From Tubulanus polymorphus (Eukaryota > Animalia > Nemertea): 64,000 nt of DNA. Below the pieces are notes generated by a model. That model was given only the letters and a program-made list of their open reading frames with translations. It was not told the DNA's origin and searched no databases. Shown piece by piece: positions 9,990 through 22,717 of the stretch. Both the position numbers and the translations under genes were made by a program. Numbering within the stretch: position 1 is the stretch's first letter; each line of letters begins with the position of its first letter. The stretch lies in assembly GCF_964204645.1 (NCBI RefSeq), contig NC_134036.1, positions 10,891,859-10,955,858 of the forward strand, in the 5' to 3' direction.

Positions 9990-12900
9990 GGGGAGAATGA
10001 ACACCAGACAGAAAACAATAATGTTAATAAAAATCAATATTATTGTCCATATTGTAAAAAATACATCGATAAATCTAATAAATCTAAACATGAAAAATCT
10101 GCAAATCATAGAAAAAATGTTATAGATATTGAAACTCCAGAAAATTCCAATGAAAGAAAAGAACGATTAGATGATATGAATGTGGATGAAATAAAATGTG
10201 AAGTTTATAATGAATTTATAGTAAAAAGGAATTATAAAAGACATCTCGAATCACAAAAACACCATCAAAATTTGAGTAATAATGTTTTAGGAAAAGATAA
10301 ACCTCAACAAGTAAAAAAAACAACTTAAAAAACTAAATCCATTTCAAATAAACCTTACATGGAAAATGTTAGAAATTATATTGATTCACTAGAAATAAAA
10401 GATACAATTGAAATTTTAGAAACATTACGTAGTAAAATTGGTCCTGCAGCTATTATATTTAGATTTTTTAAATGTACAACAATAGAAGATTATAGTAAAT
10501 TTAATGAAATAATAGAAAAAATACTAGATTTGATAACAGATGTTGAATATCCAAAAATTAGTATCTCTGGGAAAGTAAGTTTTTTAAAGTCAGAAGAGAA
10601 AATGGATTATAATATTCGAACACTCTCTGAAGAAATAATTTCAAAAACGCAAATAAAAGAGAAGTTAGAAAAAATATTTAATGAATTTAAACGTCATATT
10701 GAAGAGTTCTGGTTTAACATTGAATGGAATTATATTTTTAGATTTAAATGTTTATAATACAAAAAGGAATAAAACATCAAAAAGTAAAACAATGTTTAAA
10801 AATGATTCAAGCTTTACAACAGAAAAGGATAAAAAAGCATCATCTTATATTAAATTACCATTTACAACAAAAGCAGTAATAAATGTTCAAAATGAAGATA
10901 ATAAATGTTTTCTATGGTCAATTATTAGTTGCTTACACCCAACAGAAGATATCACGCATAGTTTTAGAATAACAAATTACCGGAAATATGAAACATTATA
11001 TAAAATTGATCTATATCCAATAACTATAAAAATGATACCCAAAATAGAAAAAAATTAATAATTTAAAAATATATGTATTCGAATTAATGCAATAACCAAA
11101 GACAAAAGGTGAAAATATTAAGGATTATACATTGGAAGCTTTATATTTAACAGAATATTATGATGATGAAAATGCTATAGATTTGTTATATTACAAAAAA
11201 GATGAAAATGAACATTATATGTGGTTAAAACAAATTGATTTATTCTTTAGCACAGAAAGTGATTTTAACAGTCATAAAATTTATCTATGTAGAAAATTTT
11301 TATCTAAATTTAGAACTGAGAATGCTTTACTAAAACATAAAGAATTATGTGGTAATAAAGATTTTTGTAAATTTATAATGCCAACAGAAAAAGATCATAA
11401 ATTGAAATTTACTAATCATAAATTTAAGAATATTGTTCCATTTGTAATTTATGGGGATTTTGAATCGTTCAATAAAGAATTAACTGATCAAGATAGAAAA
11501 GAAATATATAACAAAAAGCAATTATTAAAATCAATGGATAAAGGAAATGAATTAAATGAAGACACAACACAAGATCCGCCAATTATAAACACAATTAAAA
11601 AAGTTCATGAAAGAGCTGCTGCTTATGGAATTTATATGAAATCAAATTATCCTGAATTATATGAAAGTCAATATATTTCTTTTAGAGGTGAAGATGTAGT
11701 TAATGATTTTTGTGACAAAATGATTGAATTTGAAAGTGATTTTGCAAAATTATTAAACAAAAATAAAAGAATAGTTATGACAAAAGAAGATGAAATTGAT
11801 TTTAATTATGCAACTCATTGTTGTTGTTGTGAAAAAACGTTTTCATTCATTTGATAAAAAAGTAAGATATCATGATCATTTAAATTCAAAATATCGTGGA
11901 GCTGCTCATGAAGATTGTAATTTACAAGCTAAGAAAGTTAATTTCGTACCAATATTATTTCATAATTTATCAGGCTATGATACCCATCTATTTATAAAAC
12001 AATTATCGGGAAAATTGGGCGCAATTAATCAAGAAATAGAAGAATATAATGCTATGAATGGTGTAAATGTAAGAACTATTAGCTAAAACATCCGAAAATT
12101 ATATTTCATTTCAATTTGGTTGCATTAGTTTTTTAGATTCTTATAGATTTCTTGCAAGTTCATAAGATAATTTCTCAAAAAGTTTAGTTGATAATGATTT
12201 TATAATAACTCGATATTATTATCCAAATGAACAAGATTTTAAATTATTGAGATATAAAGGTGCAATTCCTTATTCATTTTATAAAACACACAATGATTTT
12301 AATGTAACAGAATTATTAAAGGATCAATTTTATGATCAATTAAAAGAGGAGTATGTGAAAGATGAAGTGTTTAATAGAACATTAAATATTTGGAACCATT
12401 TTAAGATGAAAAATCATGGTGAATTAGTTGATTTATACTTAAAATCAGATGTTATGATATTGGCTGATATATTTGAAAAATTTAGAGAAGTTAATTTGAA
12501 TCATTTTAATGTTGATCCTTGTTATTGCTACTCTAGTCCTGGTTTAACCTGGCAATGTGGTTTAAAATACACAAATGTAGAATTAGATTTATTAAAAGAA
12601 CCAGACATGGTTTTATTATTTGAAAAATGAATTAGAGGTGGAATTAGTGGTGTTATGGGAGATAGGTATTTTAAAGCAAATGATGAATATAAATTATTAT
12701 ATATTGACACCAATAATTTATATGGTTGGGCAATGATGCAACCTCAACCATACAAAAATTTTATATTGACAGGAGTTGAAAATGATGATAAAACTGATTG
12801 GGAAAGCGCAATTGCGAGTTTAAAAGATGAAGCACCAATTGGTTATTTCTTTGTAGTTGATTTAGAATATCCTGAAAATATAAAGTTTAAAACAAGAAAC

Positions 12901-15023
12901 TTACCTTATTGCCCAGAACATTTAACCGTAGATGATAGTTATTTAAGTGAATACCAGAAGAAAATAAAACCGAAAGATTATGTTTTTACAGAAAAATTAA
13001 TACTTACTCAAAATAATAAATACAATTATATTGTTCATTATAGAATGTTAAAATTTTATCTTAAACAAGGAATGAAATTAAAGAAAGTACATAGATATAT
13101 TGAATTTTTAATCAATCGAAGTGGTTAGAAAAATATATAGATTTCAATACTCAACGGAGAACCATATCAAAAACAGATTTTGAAAAAGATTTCTTCAAAT
13201 TAATGAATAATAGTTTTTATGGTAAAACATGCGAAAATATTAGAAATAGAAATGATATTGAATTAGTAAATAATTCTGAACGATTAAGACATTTACAATT
13301 AAGTCCTAGACATTTAGGAAATAAAAGATTTGAAGATTAGTTAACAGCAGTTAAATTAAAAAGAACGTCAATGAAATTTAATAAAGCTATATTAATTGGT
13401 TCAACTGTTTTAGAAGTATCAAAATTATTAATGTATGATTTTTATTATAATGTTTTACAACCACTTTTTGGGGAAAAGCATATTGAAATATTATATTTTG
13501 ATTCTGTAACAGCTGACACCCCAATATTATTAAAATGTAATGATAAAATATCGATAAGAAGAATTTCAGAAATAATTCCCAAACAAAATGAATGTTATAT
13601 TTCATATGGTGAAAAAGAATTAATACAAATAAATGGTTTAATGGATGTTTGGACAAGAAATGGATTGAAAAAATTAAAGAATATTATTAGGCATAAAACA
13701 AATAAGAAAATCTATAGAGTTAGAACTAAATTAGGGTTTGTAGATGTTACAGAAGATCATAGTTTAACTAAACGAATTGGCGATGAAATAAAACCAACTG
13801 ATATAAACATTGGAGATGAATTATTACATAAAAGATTTTTCCAAAGAATGAATCATATGTCATTCGACGAAATTATTGATAATATTCATAATATAGAACC
13901 TGAAACATTAGAAGAAAAATAATATTTTATTAAAGGATTTTTCATGGGTGATGGTTCAGCAGGTGCGTATAATTATGTTTGGGGTAATAAATATTGTTGG
14001 TATTTATGCAATCAAGACTTAAAATTTTTAGAAAGAATTAAGAAATTCTGTGAAGAAGTTTATTCACATAAAACATTTAGAATCATGGATGTTATGAAAT
14101 CATCAGCAGTTTATAGAATACTTGTAAATAATCCTAAAGATTTTGCTATAAAATATAATGATGAATTCTATATTCATGCAATAGTGAAAAGTAATACTTC
14201 AACAAAAGAAAAGATAGTTCCAGATTATGTATTAAATGCAAAAAATTATTTAAGAAAATGGATCTTCATTGGATTCTACGCAGCAGATGGTGCTAAAAAA
14301 TATACAAAGGATAAAAAGATAACCTTTGCACAGATAGGAAAAGTTGCTTTATCGGGGTTAAATATATTATGTAATTCATTAGGCTTCAATATGAATATTG
14401 GATTGATTAAATCTAAAGGAAATTGCTTTAATTTAAGCCACACAGAAAAAGATTTAACGGAAGAAGTTAAAGATTTATTTGAAATATATAACCCAACAGA
14501 TTATGTTTATGATTTATCAACCGAAGATGGCACATTCACCTGTGGATTTCCATTAATTTGCTTCATTACTGATGCGTACATACTAAAAATCAAGACAAAT
14601 GACATAACAAAAGACATAAAAACATTAAAACATCATTTTGATTTTAGCAATTATCCCAAAGATCATGAACTATTTAGCAATGATAATAAAAAAATTCCTG
14701 GTAAATTTAATAATGAATTAGGGGGTGATGAAATGATTGAATTTGTTGGGATAAGAGGTAAAATGTATAGTTACAGAACAAAAGATCATGAAGCTACAAA
14801 GTTAAAAGGAATAACAAAGCATGTGGTTGATAAACATATAGAATTTCAAGATTATATAAAGTGTTTATATAACTCAATTGTAATGAAACACAAAATGAAT
14901 TGTTTAAGATCAGAAGATCACGAGATGTACATTAATGAAGTTGAAAAAACTAGTTTGAATCCATTTGATGATAAAAGGCATATTTTAGATGATGGTATAA
15001 AAACATTACCTTATGGTTATTAA
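9987..15023 (+). pseudogene. Protein-primed DNA polymerase B (N-terminal Zn fingers, OTU-like protease, HNH/EndoVII insert, intein); multiple stops and frameshifts
   Basis: CPYC..H..H; NVQNEDNKCFLWSII + HYMW; exo I YGDFES; HDHLNSKYRGAAHEDCN; FHNLSGYDTH; YLKSDV; IRGG; YIDTNNLYGWAM; KLMNNSFYGK; YFD|TD; KMYS; FDDKR. Confidence 0.93.
13503..14567 (+). other. Intein with LAGLIDADG homing endonuclease in pPolB motif C (355 codons, one internal stop)
   Basis: Starts SVTADTPILL; block B VTEDHSL; GFFMGDGS and GFYAADG; ends YVYDLSTEDGTF..LICFI|TD; removal gives LYFD-TDAY. Confidence 0.9.
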
Positions 15024-15160
15024 AATGGATCAATATCATCAAACTCGAAATCACTATTGGCTTCTTCATTTTCATTTAATTGTTCAGGTTCTTCTTCCAT
15101 TCCATTTTTCTCATTCAAATAAAGTTCTATCTTGTTCCACATTTCATCTCGCTCTCTTTG

Positions 15161-16336
15161 TTACTTTTTGTTTGTTAATTCATCAAATGGAATTATAATA
15201 TCTATGTTTAAATAATTTACAATCTTATTTAAAAAGAATTCATGATTAATTGAATCTGTTATTCTATTTTCCAAATGATATATTAATATTTGTTTGAATG
15301 TTTTTTTTATATTTTCCATATCTTCTTCTGTTAATTTAGGTTTTTCATAATAATCGTTAAATAATAAATATAAATACATTTTCTTATGTTTTGTGTTAAA
15401 TGTTGACGGAATAATTATTTTTATAATATCTTTTTTAGTTATTTCACCATTTCTATTTTCTATTATTTTCATTTTTTCAAGCCATTGCATATATTCTGGT
15501 GTATGATCTTCTATAGAAAATGTTTCATTTTCAATTTCATCTAGATAATTTATTTTTGGATCTATGAGAAAATTTCTAGTTTTTTCTTCACTCCATAAAT
15601 TCTTTTGCCATCCACATTCATTACAAAATAACACAGTACCTTCTTGTCTTAAGGTTGCATAACTACATTGTGGACATTTTTGTTTATAATTTATTGGTAA
15701 TAGATCTTCATTAAGCTCTTCGTATTTTCTTACGTTTTCTTTATGTTTTATTGTTCTATTATGTAGATTTGAATTACTTGTTGTAATAATCAATTTACAA
15801 TATTTACAATAATATGTTTTTCTTGTTAATTCATTATATTGTTTTTCTAACTTTTCAACTGTTTCTTTATTATCTGGTAACGTTTTCTCATATTTTATTT
15901 TTTCTAATAAATTATTTTTTCTTTCATTGAATTCAGTTTCAAATTTATTAGGAATTTTATCTATATGTGCTTTACGAAATTGATGATTCTCCCAATCTTC
16001 TATATTTTCAGGGCTATATTTTATTCGACAAGGCTCACAGAAATGATCTTTTATATTATCCTTGTCATAGAATAAGAAAGGTGTTTTCCAAATAACTTCA
16101 GGTTCTACTTCAACAGAATTACTATTACTTTCGTTACTATCAACATTAGCCGTTGCGCCATTAATTTTACACTTCTCTGAATGTTTTTTAACATAATTTC
16201 TTGAGAATAATTTATTACATTTTGGACAGTTTAGTTTAGGGGGTTTATAATTTTCATCATGTTTTTTCATATGTCGAGCCATATTACTTTTTCTTAGAAG
16301 TTCACCACAAATTTCACATGCTATCTTCTCATCCAT
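15161..16336 (-). CDS. Polinton multi-zinc-finger protein (391 aa, intact)
   Basis: CEIC..RHMKKH, CPKC..KHSEKC, CEPC..H..H, CKYC..H..H, CPQC/CNEC; TAAATG start. Confidence 0.75.
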   Translation of the reverse strand: MDEKIACEICGELLRKSNMARHMKKHDENYKPPKLNCPKCNKLFSRNYVKKHSEKCKINGATANVDSNESNSNSVEVEPEVIWKTPFLFYDKDNIKDHFCEPCRIKYSPENIEDWENHQFRKAHIDKIPNKFETEFNERKNNLLEKIKYEKTLPDNKETVEKLEKQYNELTRKTYYCKYCKLIITTSNSNLHNRTIKHKENVRKYEELNEDLLPINYKQKCPQCSYATLRQEGTVLFCNECGWQKNLWSEEKTRNFLIDPKINYLDEIENETFSIEDHTPEYMQWLEKMKIIENRNGEITKKDIIKIIIPSTFNTKHKKMYLYLLFNDYYEKPKLTEEDMENIKKTFKQILIYHLENRITDSINHEFFLNKIVNYLNIDIIIPFDELTNKK

Positions 16337-16405
16337 TTATTAAGGAAAAATTTTATTGAAATTAATTTTTAGTGATGAGCGGTAATTTTTTTTATGTTAT
16401 AAATA

Positions 16406-17070
16406 ATGGTAGAATTAAAAGAATACAGAATATTTGTTGATTCAAGAAGACTTACAAATTATAAATCACATAATTTATTAGTTCAATTAGATAGAGAATT
16501 TAAGAATTGTGTAGATTTAAAATTAGTTAATATAAGTTTATGTAACTCTTTTTACTATATATCAGATAAAACTGATGAACATAGAAGCCTTTTTATTTTT
16601 GATTAGGATAAAAAGTGAGAGCTCTAATAAAATTAAAATAAAGTTTGATAATGATTATTTTAAACTTTATCAACATACAAAAGAAAGATATCTTTACATG
16701 GTAAAAAAAACCTATAGCTAAACTGTTAGGAATTCCTCCAGATAAAGATATTAGAGAAAACATATACGGTAGATCAAACTTAATACCTTTTACACATTTT
16801 TATATTTATTGCAATTTAATTGACCCAACAAAAACATTTGAAGCAACTAAAGATATAACTTGTAATTCTTGTATATTAAACATTTTACCATTAAAGAATG
16901 TTAAACAATTTGGAACGCAAATAAATTATAATTTAGCTGAATGTGATTTTAAACCTTGCATTCCTAAATTTAATAATTTTAAATTAGAAATAAGAAATCA
17001 TAATGGTTATTTAATTGATTTGAATAACTTTCCTGTGATATATGAATTAATTATAAGATGTAAAGAGTAA
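16406..17070 (+). pseudogene. Minor capsid (penton-like) protein, disrupted
   Basis: IFVDSRR..LVQLDREFKNCVDLKLVNISLCNSFY at N-term; FYIYCNLI..LEIRNHNGYLIDLNNFPVIYELII at C-term in another frame. Confidence 0.7.
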
Positions 17071-17086
17071 TTTTTTCATTATATAA

Positions 17087-17665
17087 ATGAATATAACTGT
17101 TGGACCGAGTATATGTTTTGGGTTTGATTTCAAACGTGAGAAAGAAATGAAATTTAACGTTAATGATGTAATCACACATATCAAAAATATTGCATTTTCT
17201 AATGAAACAACATTTGAGTATGAAACAACAATAGATAAAGAAACTTTAAATGTAGAAAAGATTACTAATTTAATAAGAGAATCTTTAAGATTTTATGAAT
17301 TAGATGAAGATTTTATCATCGATGATATTAAAAAAATAATAATTGAAATATATACAAATGAAACTAGTAATGAAATAAATGTTGAAATAATCATAAATAA
17401 GTTAACTAAATATTTTGATGATAGTAATTTTTTTGATAAATCAATGAGTGATAATAAGTGGATAATAACTGGATTATATAATGGCGCATTACTATCACTT
17501 GGAACTGTTGGTTATTCACTGGTATTAAAAAAAGTATTTAAAATGGGAAGTGTTAATGTTGATAGATTTGATATAAATGATATTTTAGAAATAACGTTAG
17601 CAGTTACTTTATCTAATTTAACTATTGATTATTTGGAAAAACAAAAATATATTCCTCCCATATAA
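17087..17665 (+). CDS. Polinton hypothetical protein with C-terminal hydrophobic helices
   Basis: 192-aa ORF, TAAATG start. Confidence 0.6.
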   Translation: MNITVGPSICFGFDFKREKEMKFNVNDVITHIKNIAFSNETTFEYETTIDKETLNVEKITNLIRESLRFYELDEDFIIDDIKKIIIEIYTNETSNEINVEIIINKLTKYFDDSNFFDKSMSDNKWIITGLYNGALLSLGTVGYSLVLKKVFKMGSVNVDRFDINDILEITLAVTLSNLTIDYLEKQKYIPPI

Positions 17666-17689
17666 ATGCATAATTTTTTTGCTAAATAA

Positions 17690-18112
17690 ATGGCTTCTGC
17701 AATTATAACTATTATAGGATCGGCAAATGTCAACGCTTTTGCATTTGCTGGTGGTGGTTATTTATTTAAACATATTGATAAAAATGGATCATTAACAGAA
17801 CAAAAAAGACATAACTTAGCATTAGAGAAATATGATAAAGCTGCAGAAGAATACAGAGAAAAGAGACAAAACTATATGGATAACATCAATAAAGAATTAA
17901 TTGATCAGAATATTTCACATAGAGATTTTCTATCAGTTGATGATGCAATGAGTATATATAACGCAGTAACCAATAAAGAAAAATTACATCTATACGAACC
18001 TAAATTATCAGATTATTATACCCCAAGTAAAGAACAACAGAAATATGAAATAATATGGATTTTAGGTGGAACAGTTATTGCTATATTTGTAGCATATAAA
18101 TTTACTTATTAG
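17690..18112 (+). CDS. Polinton putative membrane protein (hydrophobic N-term, coiled coil, C-terminal TM)
   Basis: 140 aa; AFAFAGGGYLF, EQKRHNLALEK, IIWILGGTVIAIFVAY; TAAATG start. Confidence 0.65.
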   Translation: MASAIITIIGSANVNAFAFAGGGYLFKHIDKNGSLTEQKRHNLALEKYDKAAEEYREKRQNYMDNINKELIDQNISHRDFLSVDDAMSIYNAVTNKEKLHLYEPKLSDYYTPSKEQQKYEIIWILGGTVIAIFVAYKFTY

Positions 18113-18131
18113 TAATTTTTTTTCTAAATAA

Positions 18132-18566
18132 ATGGAAGATAAAGTTGATAATATTGATATTATTACTCATGATATAAATAAAACTAAATTAAAAACATAT
18201 TTAGAAAAACAAATATTAGAATTTGAAAATGACTTAAAGATAAAAAAGAAAAAATATTTAAAAAGTAAAATTATATATTATTTAACTATAAGTGGTTCGG
18301 TTACAATTAGTTCTGTAATAACATTTTTAGCAATATTCAGCCCATTAACACTTTTAGCTATATCAATTGGCGTATTAGGATTAAGTTCAAGTGTTTTAAC
18401 TGGTATAAGTTCAAAATTAAATATAAAAAGTAATAAAGAAAAATTTAAAACTAATATAAAAGAAATTAATAAATTAAAGAACACACTAGATTATATAATA
18501 AGTTTAAATGGCCATATAACAGTTGAAGAACAAGATAAATTATTAAAAGAATTAATAAATTATTAA
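18132..18566 (+). CDS. Polinton two-TM hairpin protein flanked by coiled coils
   Basis: 144 aa, central hydrophobic hairpin; TAAATG start. Confidence 0.6.
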   Translation: MEDKVDNIDIITHDINKTKLKTYLEKQILEFENDLKIKKKKYLKSKIIYYLTISGSVTISSVITFLAIFSPLTLLAISIGVLGLSSSVLTGISSKLNIKSNKEKFKTNIKEINKLKNTLDYIISLNGHITVEEQDKLLKELINY

Positions 18567-18582
18567 TTTTTTAATTATATAA

Positions 18583-19969
18583 ATGGTAGATAGTTTTCCA
18601 AAAGCTTTCCAATATAATAAATCAATTAAATATAATATTCCAGCAATAGATTTTAATAAAGATATTACATATAGAAATGAAGTTTTAGATTCATTAACTA
18701 ATTTAGAAATTTATGTTACTGAAACTAATAATTTCAATCCAAAGATGGAAAATATTTTTCATGTATATTTAATTGATTTTAAAAAATTGAAAGATGAAAA
18801 ACAATGGTTATTAAAATCTAATATGAAGTATTGGCAGAACCAATTAAATTTAGCTGTTTATTGTGCAACAACAGGTTGTGGAATTAGTTGGAATAATCAT
18901 TTGAATAATTCTAAATATAAATTAATTCAAAGTTTATTTAGATTTCATACATACTTTCAAATAAGATTAATATTAAATGAATTAGAGTGTCCTTTACCAG
19001 GATTTACCAGGTATTTTAAAGAATTAGATAATAATATTAATTTGTCAAAGTTTTATAAAATTTGTAATGAATATAATATAGATATAAATAATTCTGATTT
19101 TAGAACGAAAATTGGAACAATAAGATCACTTCCTTGCCCTAAAAAGATTGCAGAATATTGTGCACTTCCCATACCATCTAATAGTTTTTATAATATCTAT
19201 AATAATAAATTAGTATGGTAAAATAGAAACTAAGGATTTAGAAACATTAAATTTCAATAAATTACCGACATTTTATGATAATGTAACAAGAAAACAATAA
19301 TGGTTGGGTTTATTTCATTTTAGAAAATAGTGAAGGTTTTACTAAATCAAGTATAGAAAGAATAAATCAATCTATTAGAACTTATTTGATATGTATTTTA
19401 GGTGCGCAAGTTGAAACAGGATCCACAATAATTGGAAATTTAAATACATCATTTGATACACAAAAACAATTTAAAGTATTATTTGAAGATCCATTCATAA
19501 TGATAAAAATAGATCGATTCCAGAAAACATTGTAAGATATCAAAATTATTTAGATAAATCACATATTAGATTAAATCATTGTATCGGCCCTAATCTATTT
19601 ATTATTTCTAATGATTTAGTATTAAAGATGGGAAACATAATTGGTTACAATAATCTAATTAAAACAGCAACAATAAATAATTCATTTGGATTAAATGATA
19701 TAAATAAAAAGATAATTACTGCTCCAAAATTAATGGAAGGTGAAAAAAATAAAAAACATATTCAATCAACAGAAACTAAAACTAAGAATATTAAATTGGA
19801 TAATGATTCCAAAATAAAAGATTACAATACTACAGAAAATATAAAAACTGATAATATTCAACATGATATAATTAAACTAAATGATGATAATAAATCCCAT
19901 GAAAATACTAAATTAGCTTTAACTTGTATAGGAATTGTAATCGGAGGAATATTATATTTTAAATTTTAA
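18583..19969 (+). pseudogene. Polinton hypothetical protein with C-terminal TM anchor, frameshifted
   Basis: WQNQLNLAVYCATTGCGISW; FRFHTYFQIR; continues via frameshifts into 19628..19969 (LALTCIGIVIGGILYF). Confidence 0.6.
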
Positions 19970-19985
19970 TTTTTTTATTATATAA

Positions 19986-21428
19986 ATGGATGTAGAAGGT
20001 GGAGAAGATATTGGAATGGATCCTTTTGATGAACCTGGTATAAGTGATGAACAACCACCTGATTTTGATGAAAGAAGTTTTAATGATGGTAATGAGCACG
20101 GATATAATAATAATTTAAATATGCCTGATTATATTAAAAATGCAGAATCACCATTAAATCCTGAAAATTTAGACCCAGGTTTAGTAAAAGAAGATTTAGA
20201 TAATTTAAACAAAATACCTAAATTAGAAGATTTAATTGAAAAATCTAAACTTAACATAAATGATGAAGACGTTGGACTTTTAGCATATCAATTAAAATTT
20301 TTAGATAATGGTAAATGTTATTATCGTTTGAAAGGTGATTATTATATTGATATCACTTCTAAAAATAATAAAAAAATATTAGCGGAATCAACTTTGAAAA
20401 GTTTAAAACCAGATAAAATTAAAAGAATAAGTAATAGTAATGAAATAACTGATGTTACACAAAAAGAAATAGATGATAATATAGACGTATTTAAACAAAG
20501 AATTAATGAATTATTTGAAATAATCAAAAAGAAATCAGAAACAGAAACAACTTCTGAACAGAATATAACTTCCAAAACTAGTAAACTTAAATCAAATAAA
20601 GTTTCAATTGAAAAACTTTTACCGAATGGATTACTTGATGCAACAGATCAAGAATTAGAAGATTTAGATATATTTTCTGATGAAGCAATTAGAGAAATTA
20701 TTAGTATAAGAAATGAAGCTGATAAAATTGCACATAATAAAAGTATAAGAGATCAAAAAATTATGTATTTGGAAAAAGAATTAACTAATGCAAATAAAGA
20801 AATAGAAAAACTAAAGTCTGATTTAGATCATCGAGTAATTGATTAAATCGAATATAGGCAAAAAGAATTACGATTAGAAAAAGAAATTAATAATTTAAAA
20901 GATAATTTAGAAGTACAGAAAGAAGAAATTAAATTATTGTTAAAATCATATGATTATAATATTAATAGATTAAAAGATGTTTTTAAAAGATATCTAATAA
21001 AACAAGATTCTAAAATATCATTGAAAGATAGAATAACATTATTATTTAAATTTGAAGGAATAACAATTCTTTCAATTCTAACAGCTGTAACTATGTTATT
21101 TACAACAATTGGTTTAGCAATATCAAATGCTTTAAAATCTACTCCTACTCCAAATAAACCAGATAAATCCCCAGATAATAATTCTATACAAGATAAAGTT
21201 AAAGATGGTTTAAAGAAATTAGCAAAATATTTATGGGAACTATCTTAAAAATCCGCTGCAGCATTGCCAGGAATCATTGCATCAATTGTTGGTTTTATAT
21301 TGAAATCTGCAGGAAACATTATTAACTTCGCTGCTGAACATATTATTTTATTTCTAATTACAGTTGTAGGTGCTATTATTTTTGGGTTAGTGAATATGAT
21401 ATCAAAAAGATATCAAGAAAAAAAATAA
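19986..21428 (+). pseudogene. Polinton coiled-coil/membrane protein, two in-frame stops (copy 1)
   Basis: One frame through stops at 20844 and 21246; hydrophobic C-term KSAAALPGIIASIVGFIL... Confidence 0.7.
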
Positions 21429-21462
21429 TAAAAAATAAATAACTAATTTTTTTGTTAAATAA

Positions 21463-21873
21463 ATGAGTGGGAGTTATATAAGTCCTTCTAAGAATTCTAG
21501 AATATCTAATGCTATTAAAGCAGAAAGATCACATCATATAATTACGCATAACCCTTCTAATATTAATCCTGATGAAACTTTATATGTTAGAATCCCTAGA
21601 TTAACACAAAATACTTTTTACGTTCCAAATAGTATTTATTTATCAGCCGATATAAAAGTAATCGGTAATAATAATAATTATGTTGTTGATAATGTTGGAA
21701 GATATTTGATTGAAAAATTAACTATAAAGATTGGTCCAGAAACAGTTTTCTCATTAGATGATTATAATTTATTTATGCATTATAAAGATTTATGGTTAAC
21801 TAAAGAAAATAGAAATAATATGATATTTCAGGGTATTCAATCGGAAAACCATAATAAATTAAGATCGGGAAGT
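21463..21873 (+). pseudogene. Major capsid protein 5' fragment truncated at the duplication junction
   Basis: Identical to the 24195 ORF up to KLRSGS. Confidence 0.85.
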
Positions 21874-22717
21874 AAAAGATTGCAGAATATTGTGCACTTC
21901 CCATACCATCTAATAGTTTTAATAATATCTATAATAATAAATTAGTATGGTAAAATAGAAACTAAGGATTTAGAAACATTAAATTTCAATAAATTACCGA
22001 CATTTTATGATAATGTAACAAGAAAACAATAATGGTTGGGTTTATTTCATTTTAGAAAATAGTGAAGGTTTTACTAAATCAAGTATAGAAAGAATAAATC
22101 AATCTATTAGAACTTATTTGATATGTATTTTAGGTGCGCAAGTTGAAACAGGATCCACAATAATTGGAAATTTAAATACATCATTTGATACACAAAAACA
22201 ATTTAAAGTATTATTTGAAGATCCATTCATAATGATAAAAATAGATCGATTCCAGAAAACATTGTAAGATATCAAAATTATTTAGATAAATCACATATTA
22301 GATTAAATCATTGTATCGGCCCTAATCTATTTATTATTTCTAATGATTTAGTATTAAAGATGGGAAACATAATTGGTTACAATAATCTAATTAAAACAGC
22401 AACAATAAATAATTCATTTGGATTAAATGATATAAATAAAAAGATAATTACTGCTCCAAAATTAATGGAAGGTGAAAAAAATAAAAAACATATTCAATCA
22501 ACAGAAACTAAAACTAAGAATATTAAATTGGATAATGATTCCAAAATAAAAGATTACAATACTACAGAAAATATAAAAACTGATAATATTCAACATGATA
22601 TAATTAAACTAAATGATGATAATAAATCCCATGAAAATACTAAATTAGCTTTAACTTGTATAGGAATTGTAATCGGAGGAATATTATATTTTAAATTTTA
22701 ATTTTTTTATTATATAA

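Noticed and set aside
11132-15023. Alternative genetic code or programmed frameshifting explaining pPolB breaks
   Set aside because: Stops are mixed TAA/TAG/TGA with scattered indels, and neighbouring genes end normally; ordinary decay
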